Shown here: positions 29,049 to 39,823 of the stretch, piece by piece
Position numbering within the stretch: the stretch's first letter is position 1
Layout of the letters: each line of letters opens with the position of its first letter
Source: an uncultured Bacilli bacterium
GTDB lineage: Bacteria > Bacillota_I > Bacilli_A > RF39 > UBA660
NCBI GenBank assembly: GCA_944331915.1
Contig: CALVIR010000005.1
Location: forward strand, 1 to 55,467
Direction of reading: 5' to 3'
Length of the DNA: 55,467 bases
Translations under genes and position numbers: made by a program
Notes under the pieces: generated by a model
Database searches by the model: none
What the model was told of the DNA's origin: nothing
The model's input: only the letters and a program-made list of their open reading frames with translations

Positions 29049-29699
29049 ATGAGAAAACTAATTGTAATTGAAGGGGTAAGTGATGGAATAGGGAAAAGTA
29101 CACAAGTAAAAGAACTTTATGATAAACTTGTGAAGGATGGATATAATGTTACTTATCATCATTTTCCTAGTTATAAAGAAGAGGGAGCGACTTTAGTAGA
29201 AGCGTACTTAAAAGGAGAATTAGGTGAAAGAGAAGAGATTGGTCCTTATGCTGTTAGTAGTTTTTTTGCAATGGATAGATTCTATACTTTTAATAAAGAT
29301 TTAAAAGATAAAGAGGGGATAATACTACTTGATCGTTATACAAGTTCTAACTTAATATATCAAGGGGCATTACTTAAAGGTGAGGAGAAGAATGAGTTTT
29401 TCCGTTATATATGTGATTATGAATATAATAAACTAGGACTTAAAGAACCTGATTTAGTTATATTCTTGAAAGTAGATAAAGAAAAGGCTTTAGAGCTTTT
29501 AGAGAAGAGAAACGATAATGATAAAGATATAAATGAACAAGATTTAGAGTATTTAGATAAAGTTTATGATAATAGTTTAGTGGTTGCTAATAAATATAAT
29601 TTCAAGATAATTGAGTGTTGTAGTGAGGGTAAATTACGCAGTATAGAAGATATTAGTGAAGAGATTTATGAGGTTGTAAAAAAATATTTGAACAAATAA
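29049..29699 (+). CDS. tmk: Thymidylate kinase-like (dTMP kinase family) protein
   Basis: The P-loop IEGVSDGIGKSTQ and LDRYTSSNLIYQGA resemble Tmk motifs. The ATG at 29049 is preferred (GGTGA RBS); the track start is 29037. Confidence 0.65.
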   Translation: MRKLIVIEGVSDGIGKSTQVKELYDKLVKDGYNVTYHHFPSYKEEGATLVEAYLKGELGEREEIGPYAVSSFFAMDRFYTFNKDLKDKEGIILLDRYTSSNLIYQGALLKGEEKNEFFRYICDYEYNKLGLKEPDLVIFLKVDKEKALELLEKRNDNDKDINEQDLEYLDKVYDNSLVVANKYNFKIIECCSEGKLRSIEDISEEIYEVVKKYLNK

Positions 29700-29741
29700 A
29701 AACATGTGCTATAATACTTTTTACAGAAAGAAGGTATTAGA

Positions 29742-30737
29742 ATGAATAGTATAAAAGATTATATTAGATATTTAAAAACAGCGAAAATTTATTATGAATT
29801 AGAGGATGATAAATTAAGAAAGCTTACTCCATTTAATTTTATGTTTAAACGAAATAAGGTGTTTGAAAAAGGGTATGCAGATAACTATTATAAAGTTAAG
29901 AAAAATGTTAAGTATGTTCACTTTTATATGACAGAGATGAATGGAGAAATTAAAGCTTCTGATAATACAAATGTGATGATTAGTGAGAGAATATCATCCC
30001 TTAATTTATTTGATAAGATTGTAATAAGGGATGGTGGCGTTCTTAATGTTGCAATTTATGATAAAGACTTTTCTCATTTATTTGGGATGCAAGTAGTAAA
30101 CCCAAGTAATGTAAGATTATCAGGTAGCCGCTTTAAAGTTATTGGTGATGAGGTTGAATTACGTGGTGAGGTAAGAGGTGTGCGAGATTTAGTAGTCAAA
30201 GGTAAATCTTTAGAGATTAAAGATGCTGACATTAATATTCGTAAAGCAGAAATTAATTGTGAAAATAATACTCTTACTAATGTAAATGGAAATATTGATA
30301 CATTATTATTTTCAGAAGGTAAAAAGATTGAATTTAAGGATACAGAGATTTTTAGTGATAAAGGAAAATTTGAAGAATGTAATCCACCTAAGTTTGATAA
30401 ATCTTTATGGTTAGTTTCATCAAAAATGATATATAATGATGTTGCTTATGGAGATAAAACTAAGGGAACAGTTGTTGATTCTACAACAAACTTTAATCAA
30501 GATAGTGTAGAAATGGCTAGAGCAAGACTTAGTTATTCTTTGAGTAAACTTAATGAAAAAGTGGAAGAAATAGAAAAGAAAGAAACTAAACCTTTATATA
30601 AAGCTATTGATGAGAGAAAAGAAGAACTAGCTAAATGGTATGCTGAACAATGTATAACCCTTGAAGATGGACGAGTTGCAGTAAGAACTAATTTTGAAAA
30701 ACAAAAAGTTAAAACATTGATAAAGAAAGAAGACTAA
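29742..30737 (+). CDS. Hypothetical protein, possible beta-helix (bactofilin-like) core with a C-terminal coiled coil
   Basis: 331 aa. The central part has repetitive V/I-x-G-x-V turns (FKVIGDEVELRGEVRGVRDLVVKG...). The family is not recognised. Confidence 0.55.
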   Translation: MNSIKDYIRYLKTAKIYYELEDDKLRKLTPFNFMFKRNKVFEKGYADNYYKVKKNVKYVHFYMTEMNGEIKASDNTNVMISERISSLNLFDKIVIRDGGVLNVAIYDKDFSHLFGMQVVNPSNVRLSGSRFKVIGDEVELRGEVRGVRDLVVKGKSLEIKDADINIRKAEINCENNTLTNVNGNIDTLLFSEGKKIEFKDTEIFSDKGKFEECNPPKFDKSLWLVSSKMIYNDVAYGDKTKGTVVDSTTNFNQDSVEMARARLSYSLSKLNEKVEEIEKKETKPLYKAIDERKEELAKWYAEQCITLEDGRVAVRTNFEKQKVKTLIKKED

Positions 30738-30816
30738 TAACTTTAATATTGGTCTTTTTTAGACTAGTTTTTTTCTTTAGTTTAACATATAATAGAGATA
30801 GTTTGGAGGTGTTTAT

Positions 30817-32412
30817 ATGACTGATATAGAGATTGCTAATAAGGTAAAACTTGATAATATTAAAGATATAGCTTTAAAGTTATCTTTAGGAGAAGAAGAT
30901 ATTGAATGTTATGGTAGTTATAAAGCGAAGATTAAGAAAGAAAAGGGTAGTAAGAAAGGAAAAGTAATACTAGTTACAGCAGTTAATCCTACTCCTTATG
31001 GAGAAGGTAAGACAACTGTTAGTATTGGGTTAGCAGATTCTTTAAATAAACTTGGAGAGAATGTTTGTTTAGCTTTAAGAGAACCATCACTAGGTCCTGT
31101 TTTTGGAATGAAAGGAGGAGCGACGGGAGGAGGTTATAGTCAGATTGCCCCAATGACAGATATTAATTTGCATTTTACAGGGGATTTTCATGCGATAACT
31201 AGTGCTAATAACTTAATAAGTGCAGCTATTTATAATCATATTGAACAAGGTAATTCGTTAGATATAAAAAAAATAACTTTTAAAAGATGTCTTGATGTTA
31301 ATGATAGGACACTTAGAAATATAACTTTTAAATGTGCAGGAGTTGAATATACGGATAGTTTTAATATTACGGCTGCTAGTGAGATTATGGCTTTATTTTG
31401 TTTAGCGACTGATATTGATGATTTAAAAAAGAGACTTGCTAATATTATCGTTGGTTTTAACAGTCAAGATAAACCTATTTATGTTCGTGATTTAAAACTT
31501 GAAGGAGCTTTAACGGTGTTACTCAAAGATGCTTTTAGGCCTAATTTGGTCCAAACACTTGAGAAAACTCCAGCGATTGTTCATGGTGGCCCTTTTGCTA
31601 ATATTGCTCATGGTTGTAGTAGTATTGCTTCTTTGAAGCTTGCTTTAAGTTTAAGTGATTATGTTATTACAGAAGCAGGATTTGGATCAGATTTAGGGGC
31701 AGAAAAATTTTTAGATATTGTTTGTCCTACTGCTAATATTACTCCAGCTGCTATCGTGTTAGTTGTTACTATTAGAGCTTTAAAATATAATGGTGATAAT
31801 TCTTTAGAAAAGGGAATTTGTAATCTTGATGCTCATATTGATCATTTAAAAAATTATCAAGTGCCTCTTGTTCTTTGCCTTAATAAGTTTAGTTATGATA
31901 GCGAGGAAGATATTAATTTTGTTCTTAATTATGTTAAAGCTAAGGACTTAGATATAGAGGTGAGTAATGCTTATAGTGAAGGAGGGGCTGGTGCGACAGA
32001 TTTAGCGAAAACGGTAATTAAAGCAAGTAATGATGATAATAACTTTAAACCTTTAGTAAATAATCAAATGACACTTGAAGAGAAGCTTGCGAGGTTAGCA
32101 GCAGTGATTTATCATGCTGATAAAGTAGAATATAGTGAAGAAGCAAAGAAAAAAATAGAGTTACTAAAAGAAATAGGCCTATATTATCTTCCAATTTGTG
32201 TTGCAAAGACACAATATTCAATATCAGACGATGCTAAGAAACTTGGATATCCAAAACATAATAATTTATACGTTAGAGATATTGTTATTAATAATGGAGC
32301 AGGCTTTATAACAGTATTATTAGGAAAAATATTAACAATGCCAGGATTACCTAAGAATCCTAACTATGAAAAAATAGACTTAGTTAACGGAGAGATAAGG
32401 GGAATATTTTAA
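30817..32412 (+). CDS. fhs: Formate--tetrahydrofolate ligase
   Basis: TAVNPTPYGEGKTT P-loop, EPSLGPVFGMKGGATGGGY and VHGGPFANIAHGC blocks. Confidence 0.92.
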   Translation: MTDIEIANKVKLDNIKDIALKLSLGEEDIECYGSYKAKIKKEKGSKKGKVILVTAVNPTPYGEGKTTVSIGLADSLNKLGENVCLALREPSLGPVFGMKGGATGGGYSQIAPMTDINLHFTGDFHAITSANNLISAAIYNHIEQGNSLDIKKITFKRCLDVNDRTLRNITFKCAGVEYTDSFNITAASEIMALFCLATDIDDLKKRLANIIVGFNSQDKPIYVRDLKLEGALTVLLKDAFRPNLVQTLEKTPAIVHGGPFANIAHGCSSIASLKLALSLSDYVITEAGFGSDLGAEKFLDIVCPTANITPAAIVLVVTIRALKYNGDNSLEKGICNLDAHIDHLKNYQVPLVLCLNKFSYDSEEDINFVLNYVKAKDLDIEVSNAYSEGGAGATDLAKTVIKASNDDNNFKPLVNNQMTLEEKLARLAAVIYHADKVEYSEEAKKKIELLKEIGLYYLPICVAKTQYSISDDAKKLGYPKHNNLYVRDIVINNGAGFITVLLGKILTMPGLPKNPNYEKIDLVNGEIRGIF

Positions 32413-32532
32413 TGAATAATATAAGTATAGAAGAAAAAATTACAGTGTTGGAACAGTTATATGTTAAAGAAAAAGATGAAAATAAAAAATTATTAATTTT
32501 GTATCAGATACAAAAATATCAGGAGTTAATAG

Positions 32533-33735
32533 ATGTTAGAAATAAATTACAAAGAGAATTTAATAGATAGTTTTAATACTTACTTTAATAATAGTATATG
32601 TAAGTGTTGTGGCGGAACATATGATTATAAAACGTTTAACTGTAGATACTGTGGAGATTTTAATGAAAAGTTAAAAACTAGTTATGAAAACATAGATTCC
32701 TTGCTTTCAAAATTAACAAAAGATAATTTAGATAAGGAATTATATCTTTATTTATATAAAGCTTTTAGTATAAACAAAGATTTGAAAAAAGAATTTGCTC
32801 AATTTGATGTAGATATAGAGGTTAATAAGATAATAAATGAATTACAGGAATGTTCTTCTTATAACAAGGAAGATGTAAAGCTTATAGATTTTATATTTAG
32901 TGATGATTTTTTTTTAGAAAAAGATATAATATTAAGAGATTTAATACTTAGAAATGTCATTTTAAGAAAAAATACTCTTAGTAAAGAAATAATAGAAAAA
33001 GTAGTTAGTCATTTAGTTCTTTCTAGTACTAGAACGATAAGTAAAAATAGTAAATTTTTTATTTCTGATTTAGGAGAGGAAATTTCTGGTTCGGCTTTTT
33101 ATTATAATATTTGCTTAGATAGAAAAGAAATGGATAGTTTTTATGACAAAGGAGATATTCAGATTTTTTTTACTCTATTTCATGAAATGAGTCATATCTA
33201 TAGAACTTATTTAGAATCTAAAGGTATAGTTAATAGTGTTTATGATCTTTTAGCACTAAAAGAAAGATTGTTAAGTAAGTATAGTTTAGATATATATTTA
33301 AATGATAATAATTATGTCAAAAATCTTCATGAAATTGAAGCTAATGTTAATTCGTATTATCTAGCTGTTAATTATTTAAAAAGCTTAGGTTTAGAAATTG
33401 ATAATGAATATGCTCTAAACCTTTCCTCAGTTGTTAATAATGATTTAACTAATATTAGTGATCCTTTCAGAGAAATAGATGGAGAATTAGTTAATATTAA
33501 TGACTTATTTAAAGAATTCATTGAGGATAGAAAGGACTTACTTGATAAGTATCCACAGTTACATTATGAATTTAAAGAGGAAGATGGAAGAGTTGTATCT
33601 AAAAGTAAAATGGAGTTAGTTGATGATTACTTATTATGTAATGATAATAATTTAGAGGAGTTATATCTTTGTCTAATTGATAATGCTGCTAAAAGTGAAA
33701 AAAAGATAGAAGAAAATAAGAGAAGAGAGGTGTGA
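32533..33735 (+). CDS. Hypothetical protein with an N-terminal zinc ribbon and an HExxH motif (putative metallopeptidase)
   Basis: CKCCGG...CRYCG at the N-terminus and LFHEMSHIY in the centre. 400 aa. Confidence 0.6.
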   Translation: MLEINYKENLIDSFNTYFNNSICKCCGGTYDYKTFNCRYCGDFNEKLKTSYENIDSLLSKLTKDNLDKELYLYLYKAFSINKDLKKEFAQFDVDIEVNKIINELQECSSYNKEDVKLIDFIFSDDFFLEKDIILRDLILRNVILRKNTLSKEIIEKVVSHLVLSSTRTISKNSKFFISDLGEEISGSAFYYNICLDRKEMDSFYDKGDIQIFFTLFHEMSHIYRTYLESKGIVNSVYDLLALKERLLSKYSLDIYLNDNNYVKNLHEIEANVNSYYLAVNYLKSLGLEIDNEYALNLSSVVNNDLTNISDPFREIDGELVNINDLFKEFIEDRKDLLDKYPQLHYEFKEEDGRVVSKSKMELVDDYLLCNDNNLEELYLCLIDNAAKSEKKIEENKRREV

Positions 33736-33738
33736 TAT

Positions 33739-34683
33739 ATGTTAAGAATTTATAATACAGATATTAATACAAATACATTTAGTAAGATAGATACTTATGA
33801 ACTTGGGAGTTGGATTAATTTAACAAATCCAACCGAGGCAGAACTTGATGAGGTAGCGAATGCTTTAAATATTAAGAAAAGTTTTATTGAAAGTATTCTA
33901 GATGATGATGAGAAACCCCGTATAGATGAAGAAGAGGGAGCGAAGATGTTACTTTTAGATGTTCCAGTTTATGAAAAGAAAAATGGAATGGAAGCGATTG
34001 TAACCCATCCTTTAGGTATCATTGTAGTACGTAATGACTATATTGTGACAGTTGGTTTACAAAAATATGATATTATTAAAGACTTTACTAATGGTAAGGT
34101 TAAAGAGTTTTATACTTATAAAAAAAGTAGATTTATTATTCAACTTATATATAGAATTGCTTTATTATATTTAAAAACTCTAAGAGAGATTGATAATAAG
34201 ATTGAATTAGCAGAGTCACAAATACTTAATGCAACTAAGAATCAGGAATTACTTAATCTTTTGGCTTTAGAGAATAGTTTGACTTATATAATTACAGCTT
34301 TAAAATCTAATGGAGTAGTACTTGATAAGATTTTAAAAGGTAATGTAATTGATTTATATGATGAAGATGAAGATTTACTTGAAGATGCGATTATTGAGAA
34401 TAATCAGGCGATTGAGATGGCTGACTTATATAGAGGAATACTTAGTAGTACAACAGATACAGTAGCGACTATTATTTCTAATAATCTAAATACAATTATG
34501 AAATTTTTAGCAGGTATTACAATTGTTTTTTCAATTCCAACAATGGTAGCTTCATTTATGGGGATGAATGTTAGTTTTGGTGATTTTGCTAAGAATCCGT
34601 TTGCTTTTCTTTTCTTAGTTTTAATTGCCTTACTGTTATCTATCTTAGTAGCTTTAATTTTAAAAAAGAAAAATATGTTATAA
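33739..34683 (+). CDS. corA: CorA-family magnesium/cobalt transporter
   Basis: A C-terminal two-TM region with the FMGMNV (GMN) signature. 314 aa. Confidence 0.85.
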   Translation: MLRIYNTDINTNTFSKIDTYELGSWINLTNPTEAELDEVANALNIKKSFIESILDDDEKPRIDEEEGAKMLLLDVPVYEKKNGMEAIVTHPLGIIVVRNDYIVTVGLQKYDIIKDFTNGKVKEFYTYKKSRFIIQLIYRIALLYLKTLREIDNKIELAESQILNATKNQELLNLLALENSLTYIITALKSNGVVLDKILKGNVIDLYDEDEDLLEDAIIENNQAIEMADLYRGILSSTTDTVATIISNNLNTIMKFLAGITIVFSIPTMVASFMGMNVSFGDFAKNPFAFLFLVLIALLLSILVALILKKKNML

Positions 34684-34705
34684 AAAAAGACTTCCTTAGG
34701 AGGTC

Positions 34706-35431
34706 TTAATTTGTTGGAGTTGTTTGTTCTGTAGTAATATCAGGTGTTGTTTCAAGGGAAGGATCTGTTGATGTAGGTTCTTCTTCTTTTATTCCAGTTG
34801 ACAATGTTGGTTGATCTTCCGTGATAATGACATTACCTGTATAAATACTATTATTATAAGTTATAGTATATTGATAAGTTCCTGGTAAATTGACATTAAC
34901 ATTGCTTAAGTCTAATGTCATAGTAGCTTTAACCTCATCTGTTAAAGGTTCAACAACATAGTTTGTAAGGTCAGTAGTTAAAGCAGTTCCTAGTTTAATA
35001 TTTAGTGTTTTTAAGGTAATTGTTGGCATAGTATTAGTAGGTTCTTCTTCTTTAGCTTTAACGATAACTAAACCTTGGTAAGTCTTTTCATTATAACTGA
35101 TTGTATAAGTATAAGTTCCTATTTCGGTAACGTTAACACTACTAGTATCTAGTTTTAAGTTAGCTAAAACCTCATTACTTACAGCAACATCTAAATAATC
35201 TACTATTTTAACACTTAATGGAGTATTAACCTCAATAGTTAGATTTTTTAATTTTAATTCTACATCATCTATGTTACTTACTTGTTTTTGTTCAACTACG
35301 ACAAGGATTTTCTCTTCAACATTATTACTTTCTAAAGAAGAGTACATTATTCCTGATGCAATACATAATATGCCTAGTAAAGTAAATGAAACAATAACAA
35401 TTATTCTTACATTTTTGGTCACTTTTACCAC
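34706..35431 (-). CDS. Membrane-anchored protein with two tandem Ig-like repeat domains
   Basis: An N-terminal TM helix and two ~65-aa repeats (..SSVNVTEIGTYTYTISYNEKTYQGLVIV.. and ..SNVNVNLPGTYQYTITYNNSIYTGNVII..). Each repeat is followed by an EEPT linker. Confidence 0.6.
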   Translation of the reverse strand: MVKVTKNVRIIVIVSFTLLGILCIASGIMYSSLESNNVEEKILVVVEQKQVSNIDDVELKLKNLTIEVNTPLSVKIVDYLDVAVSNEVLANLKLDTSSVNVTEIGTYTYTISYNEKTYQGLVIVKAKEEEPTNTMPTITLKTLNIKLGTALTTDLTNYVVEPLTDEVKATMTLDLSNVNVNLPGTYQYTITYNNSIYTGNVIITEDQPTLSTGIKEEEPTSTDPSLETTPDITTEQTTPTN

Positions 35432-35507
35432 CCTCTACTTTATAAACATTATAATCTAAAATATAGCTTTAGACAAGAAAAAAGTCTAAGACTTTACACT
35501 TTAGACT

Positions 35508-36182
35508 TTATTCATGCTCATTTTTAAATTGTTGGTACCAATCGTCAGCTTTAGTTTTTACTTTTTCTTTGGTATTTTCCCATCCTTCTTTGATGGTTGT
35601 TTTAGCATTATCTTTAAATTCTTTTACGGCATTATAATTTTCTTCCCCAATATATTCTTTAATCTTATCTAAGACGAAATAGTATTTTTCACTTGTGAAA
35701 TCTTTAACTAATTGCCATTTTTCACCTAGATTTTCTTTATAATCTGGGGCGATGTTCATAATCCAACCATCAATAATACAAAGATTATCATAGGTTTCTT
35801 TTTTCGCTTCATCAGTTAATTCATCAAAGGTAACATTTTTATATTCGGCATCATAAAAGATAAAGTCAACAGCTGTGATAAAGAATTCTGTTCCTTTTTC
35901 TTTAGCTTTTTCAAAATCATCTTTACTAATTAAAGTACTAATTTCTTCTTTTTCAGTTGTAAAGTTATCAAAACTTTCTTCTTGATTAGTTGTGTTTTCT
36001 GATATGTCTGTTTCTATAGTAGGTTCTGTTTGTATTTCGGTTTGAGCTTCTGTTTCTATTTCCATACTTTCTTCAATCGATGTTTCTACTTTTTTTGTTT
36101 CTTCATTAGTACAAGCTGATGATATTAAGACTAAAGAGGTAGCGATGGGTAATAGTATTTTTCTGATGTTCAAATTCTTCAT
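35508..36182 (-). CDS. Acidic lipoprotein, function unknown
   Basis: The lipobox LISSAC follows a signal peptide. The start was moved to the ATG at 36182, behind a GGGGG RBS. Confidence 0.65.
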   Translation of the reverse strand: MKNLNIRKILLPIATSLVLISSACTNEETKKVETSIEESMEIETEAQTEIQTEPTIETDISENTTNQEESFDNFTTEKEEISTLISKDDFEKAKEKGTEFFITAVDFIFYDAEYKNVTFDELTDEAKKETYDNLCIIDGWIMNIAPDYKENLGEKWQLVKDFTSEKYYFVLDKIKEYIGEENYNAVKEFKDNAKTTIKEGWENTKEKVKTKADDWYQQFKNEHE

Positions 36183-36215
36183 TATTATTCCCCCTTTCTG
36201 TTTACACATATAATA

Positions 36216-37160
36216 CTACTTTTTCTCAATTTTGTCACCTTGATAAAGATCATTTTTAGCCATTAATTTGTCAATCTCATTCAAGACAGTAAATTTTTTG
36301 ATCAACCAAGTTGGTTCAATAATGTTTTTAGGATCTGGATCTCCAGTTAGACGATGGATGACAATTTCGGGTCGTAAATATTCTAATTGTTTGACAACGA
36401 TATTGACATATTCTTCTTTAGTTAAAATCTTAAATTTATTTTTTTCATAATACTTTGCTAAGGGAGTGTCTTTTAAAATATGTAACATGTGAATTTTAAT
36501 ACCATCAATATTTAAGGTGTTTAGATATTTTACGGTTTCTAACATCATATCTTCTGTTTCATAGGGAAGACCATTAATAATATGGACGACGACAGTGATA
36601 TTTCTTTCTTTTAGTTTTTTAACCATCTCTTCAAAGCTTTTAAGAGTTGAGCAGCGATTTATGAGTTTACTTGTCTTGTCATGAATGGTTTGTAAACCTA
36701 GTTCAATAATAAGATAGGTCCTTTTGTTAATATCTGTCAAATAGTCAAGGCATTCATCAGTGATACTGTCACTTCTAGTAGCAATAGATAAACCAATGAC
36801 GTCTTTTCTTGCAATAAATGGTTCAAAATAGCTTTTCAAGGTTTCCACTTTAGCATAAGTATTAGTATGAGCTTGAAAATAAGCGATAAACTTGGCGTTA
36901 GGCCACTTTTTCTGCATTAATTTTTTTCCTGTTTCAAATTGAGTTATTAAATCATCTTTGGGGTTACCAGCAAAATCTCCACTACCTAACTTGGAACAGT
37001 AAATACAGCCCCCAAAGCCAACTTTACCGTCAATATTAGGACAAGTAAAATTAGCGTTGAGACTGACTTTACAAATCTTTTCTTTAAATTTCTGTTGATA
37101 AAAATAAGTTAAGGTGTGATATCTTTTATTATCATTACTATATTTAAATTTATTTTCCAT
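36216..37160 (-). CDS. TIGR01212-family radical SAM protein
   Basis: YHTLTYFYQQKF..KVSL.A.FTCPN.DG....GGCIYC is the family-typical N-terminus with an unusual Cys cluster. 314 aa. Confidence 0.85.
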   Translation of the reverse strand: MENKFKYSNDNKRYHTLTYFYQQKFKEKICKVSLNANFTCPNIDGKVGFGGCIYCSKLGSGDFAGNPKDDLITQFETGKKLMQKKWPNAKFIAYFQAHTNTYAKVETLKSYFEPFIARKDVIGLSIATRSDSITDECLDYLTDINKRTYLIIELGLQTIHDKTSKLINRCSTLKSFEEMVKKLKERNITVVVHIINGLPYETEDMMLETVKYLNTLNIDGIKIHMLHILKDTPLAKYYEKNKFKILTKEEYVNIVVKQLEYLRPEIVIHRLTGDPDPKNIIEPTWLIKKFTVLNEIDKLMAKNDLYQGDKIEKK

Positions 37161-38283
37161 ATGTTACTCCTAAAACTTGTAAATATTTAGCTAATTTATA
37201 TTCCTTAGAGAATATTTTACTTAGTTTTCTTGGTTCTTTATTACTTTCTAAATGACTTAAGAAGAATAGTATTAGAGTCTTAGTATTTATTTTACTTGTT
37301 AAAGATTTTATATTTTTAATAGTTTTCTTATCTAAAGATTCTTCCTTTTCTATTTTTAAAGTGAGAGCTTTTATAAAACTCTTAAAACTATATATTTTAC
37401 TTTCATCTAGTTTAAATATTTTACCAAGATGTTCAATAGAGGTTAAAAATTTCTTTTCACTATTATCAAATACTAGTTCTTTATTGTTAAGATAATACTT
37501 AGATAGAGTATTCTTTTTAAAAGTAAATCTGTTACCATCCAATTTTTTAAAAGCTTTTAAGGTGTCATTGTATCCAAATCTAATATTTTGTTTTGCGGTT
37601 TCTTCATCAAAGTTTAAGAAGAAAGAAATACTATTTTTTGGTTTAATGATGATACTATCTACTTGTTTAGATGATTTCTTTTTAAAACCAGGAGCTTTTA
37701 AATCAACAATTATTAAGAATTCCGCTCCTAATTCTATCGCTAATTCAACAGGAAGATTATCATAGTAGCCACCATCTATATATTTATTACCATCAATTTC
37801 TTTCATTTTAAAAGCGGGATAACAAGTTGCGGAAGCCATTAAATAGTCAACTAGTTTATTACTAGGAATATCTTCTTTGGTTAGAATTAAAGGCTTTCTA
37901 GTAGTAGCATTATAGGTAACAAGACCAAAGTCAATATTACTATTATAAAACTTTCTTTTATTGACACATTTTTCAATAATTGTTTCAATTTTCTTGATAT
38001 CCATTCCTCCATTTTTTATAAAATTACTACTAAATAGTTTGACAATATCAATACTCTTATTTGATTTGGGAAGTTCATTAAAAAGATATTCTAGATTAAT
38101 AGTCTTCCAGATTTCCTTCGCCTTAAAATATGATTTTTCACACATTAAGACACCATTTAATGCCCCAATAGATGTTCCTGTGACAATATCATATCTAATA
38201 TGTAACTCTCTTAAGGCTTTCCATACTCCTAATTGATAACTCCCTTTAGCTCCACCACCTGATAAGACAATTGCTGTTTTCAT
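37150..38283 (-). CDS. Patatin-like phospholipase
   Basis: The oxyanion GGGAKG and the nucleophile GTSIGA motifs, plus a DGG-type Asp (YIDGGYYDN). The ATG at 38283 is preferred over the GTG at 38292. Confidence 0.85.
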   Translation of the reverse strand: MKTAIVLSGGGAKGSYQLGVWKALRELHIRYDIVTGTSIGALNGVLMCEKSYFKAKEIWKTINLEYLFNELPKSNKSIDIVKLFSSNFIKNGGMDIKKIETIIEKCVNKRKFYNSNIDFGLVTYNATTRKPLILTKEDIPSNKLVDYLMASATCYPAFKMKEIDGNKYIDGGYYDNLPVELAIELGAEFLIIVDLKAPGFKKKSSKQVDSIIIKPKNSISFFLNFDEETAKQNIRFGYNDTLKAFKKLDGNRFTFKKNTLSKYYLNNKELVFDNSEKKFLTSIEHLGKIFKLDESKIYSFKSFIKALTLKIEKEESLDKKTIKNIKSLTSKINTKTLILFFLSHLESNKEPRKLSKIFSKEYKLAKYLQVLGVTYGK

Positions 38284-38363
38284 ATAAATCACCGTTTATA
38301 GTATACCATGAATTTAATTTATGGTATAATCAATATTAAGAATATGAGAAATCTTTTGTTGAG

Positions 38364-39503
38364 GTGATGTTTTTGACGAAAAAGAAAAAACTAAAATTAA
38401 AAAGTAGTGCTAAGAAACCGTTAATGATAATAGGATCTATTCTTTTAGTTGTAATAATTATTTTTACCTTTTATTCTTATAGAGTAGGAGAACTCAAAGG
38501 TTTAGGTTATAGTGATAAAGCAGCGAAGAGTATAATCTTCAAATTTAAGTATTCTTATGTTATGAGTATTGGAGAAAATAAAACTTTAAATGCGGCTTTT
38601 GAATCAAGTGACTATGATGCTGATAACCTTGATAATTATGCGAAGATTGATTATGAAGAACAGGAACATCTGATTAGTAATATTAATACTTTAATTGATA
38701 AAGGTTATAGCAATAATGAAATATCATTAATTGTTTTAAGGGGAGATGATGAGGCGGTTAGTGAGTTTGCAAAAAGAGATAAAGTTAAATATATAGAAGA
38801 GTTTTTATCAATAGATTATGCGAAACTTGCTAATTATGATCGTTATGTAGCATACCAAGAGCAAGAAAATGATGATGTAGAGACGACTGTATTATATGTA
38901 AATATGGATTTTGATAAAGAAGAATATGTAGATCCTTTAGTAATTGATGAGTTTGATGATTTAGTTTTAGTTAATAAACATAGACAGCTTAGTAGTGAGT
39001 ATGTTCCAGATGATTTAGTTACTATTGATGAAGAGTATGTAAAAGCAGACGGTGAGATAGAAATAGAAAGAAATGTTGCTAAAGCATTTTATGATATGGC
39101 TGAAGCTGCTAGTGAAGATGGAATGGAGTTAATGGTTAGTTCTGGGTATAGAAGCTATGAAGATCAAGAAGAGATAACTAATACATATTTAGAGCTTTAT
39201 GGACAAAACTATGTGGATAACTATGTAGCTAAACCTGGTTTTTCAGAACATCAAACAGCGATGAGCTTAGATATTGCTAGTAAATCAGTCAATACGTTTG
39301 TAGAAAGTGATGAGTATGGTTGGATGATGGATAATGCTTATAAGTATGGTTTTATATTAAGATATCCTAGAAGTAAAGAAGATATAACTGGGTATAAATG
39401 TGAAGCTTGGCATTATCGTTATGTAGGAAAAGAAATTGCAGAATATATTCATGATAATAATATTACTTATGATGAATACTATGTGATGTTTTTAGATAAG
39501 TAA
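38364..39503 (+). CDS. M15B/VanY-type D-alanyl-D-alanine carboxypeptidase
   Basis: A TM anchor followed by the SGYRSYEDQ, SEHQTAMSLD and EAWHYRYVG zinc-ligand blocks. The exact start among GTG 38364, ATG 38367 and TTG 38373 is uncertain. Confidence 0.85.
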   Translation: MMFLTKKKKLKLKSSAKKPLMIIGSILLVVIIIFTFYSYRVGELKGLGYSDKAAKSIIFKFKYSYVMSIGENKTLNAAFESSDYDADNLDNYAKIDYEEQEHLISNINTLIDKGYSNNEISLIVLRGDDEAVSEFAKRDKVKYIEEFLSIDYAKLANYDRYVAYQEQENDDVETTVLYVNMDFDKEEYVDPLVIDEFDDLVLVNKHRQLSSEYVPDDLVTIDEEYVKADGEIEIERNVAKAFYDMAEAASEDGMELMVSSGYRSYEDQEEITNTYLELYGQNYVDNYVAKPGFSEHQTAMSLDIASKSVNTFVESDEYGWMMDNAYKYGFILRYPRSKEDITGYKCEAWHYRYVGKEIAEYIHDNNITYDEYYVMFLDK

Positions 39504-39560
39504 AGTTGTTATAATACTAAAAATATGTTAATATATTTTTAACAAGATAAGAAAGAAGGT

Positions 39561-39668
39561 ATGAAAATGAAGGGAATAAATATGATGGTATACCCTAAAG
39601 AATTGGTGTACCAAATTTATACTGACACCCGTTTACAAAAAGTTACTTGGGGGGCTTTAGACAATTAA
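39561..39668 (+). CDS. Possible 35-aa small ORF
   Basis: ATG behind a GAAAGAAGG RBS, peptide MKMKGINMMVYPKELVYQIYTDTRLQKVTWGALDN, followed by a hairpin terminator. Not in the ORF track, which appears to omit ORFs this short. Confidence 0.25.
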   Translation: MKMKGINMMVYPKELVYQIYTDTRLQKVTWGALDN

Positions 39669-39690
39669 CTACTTTCTTTAATTATGGAAT

Positions 39691-39722
39691 AAGAACAGGA
39701 TAGGAGTATTCTGTTCTTTTGG
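39691..39722 (+). terminator. Hairpin terminator
   Basis: AAGAACAG / CTGTTCTT stem followed by TT. Confidence 0.45.
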
Positions 39723-39823
39723 TTGTGATGTAAAGTGGTTATATAACCAGCACATAAAATTTAAAAAATAGGTTAAACTATAATTGAGGTCAAATATACT
39801 GATATTTCGAAAGGATGTAAAAA

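Noticed and set aside
32412-32570. 52-codon ORF (MNNISIEEKITVLEQLYVKEKDENKK...) between fhs and gene 32533
   Set aside because: It overlaps the fhs stop and the start of the next gene. It has no clear RBS and a Lys/Glu/Ile-rich composition expected by chance. It may instead reflect an alternative upstream start or frameshift of 32533..33735, which cannot be resolved without comparison.
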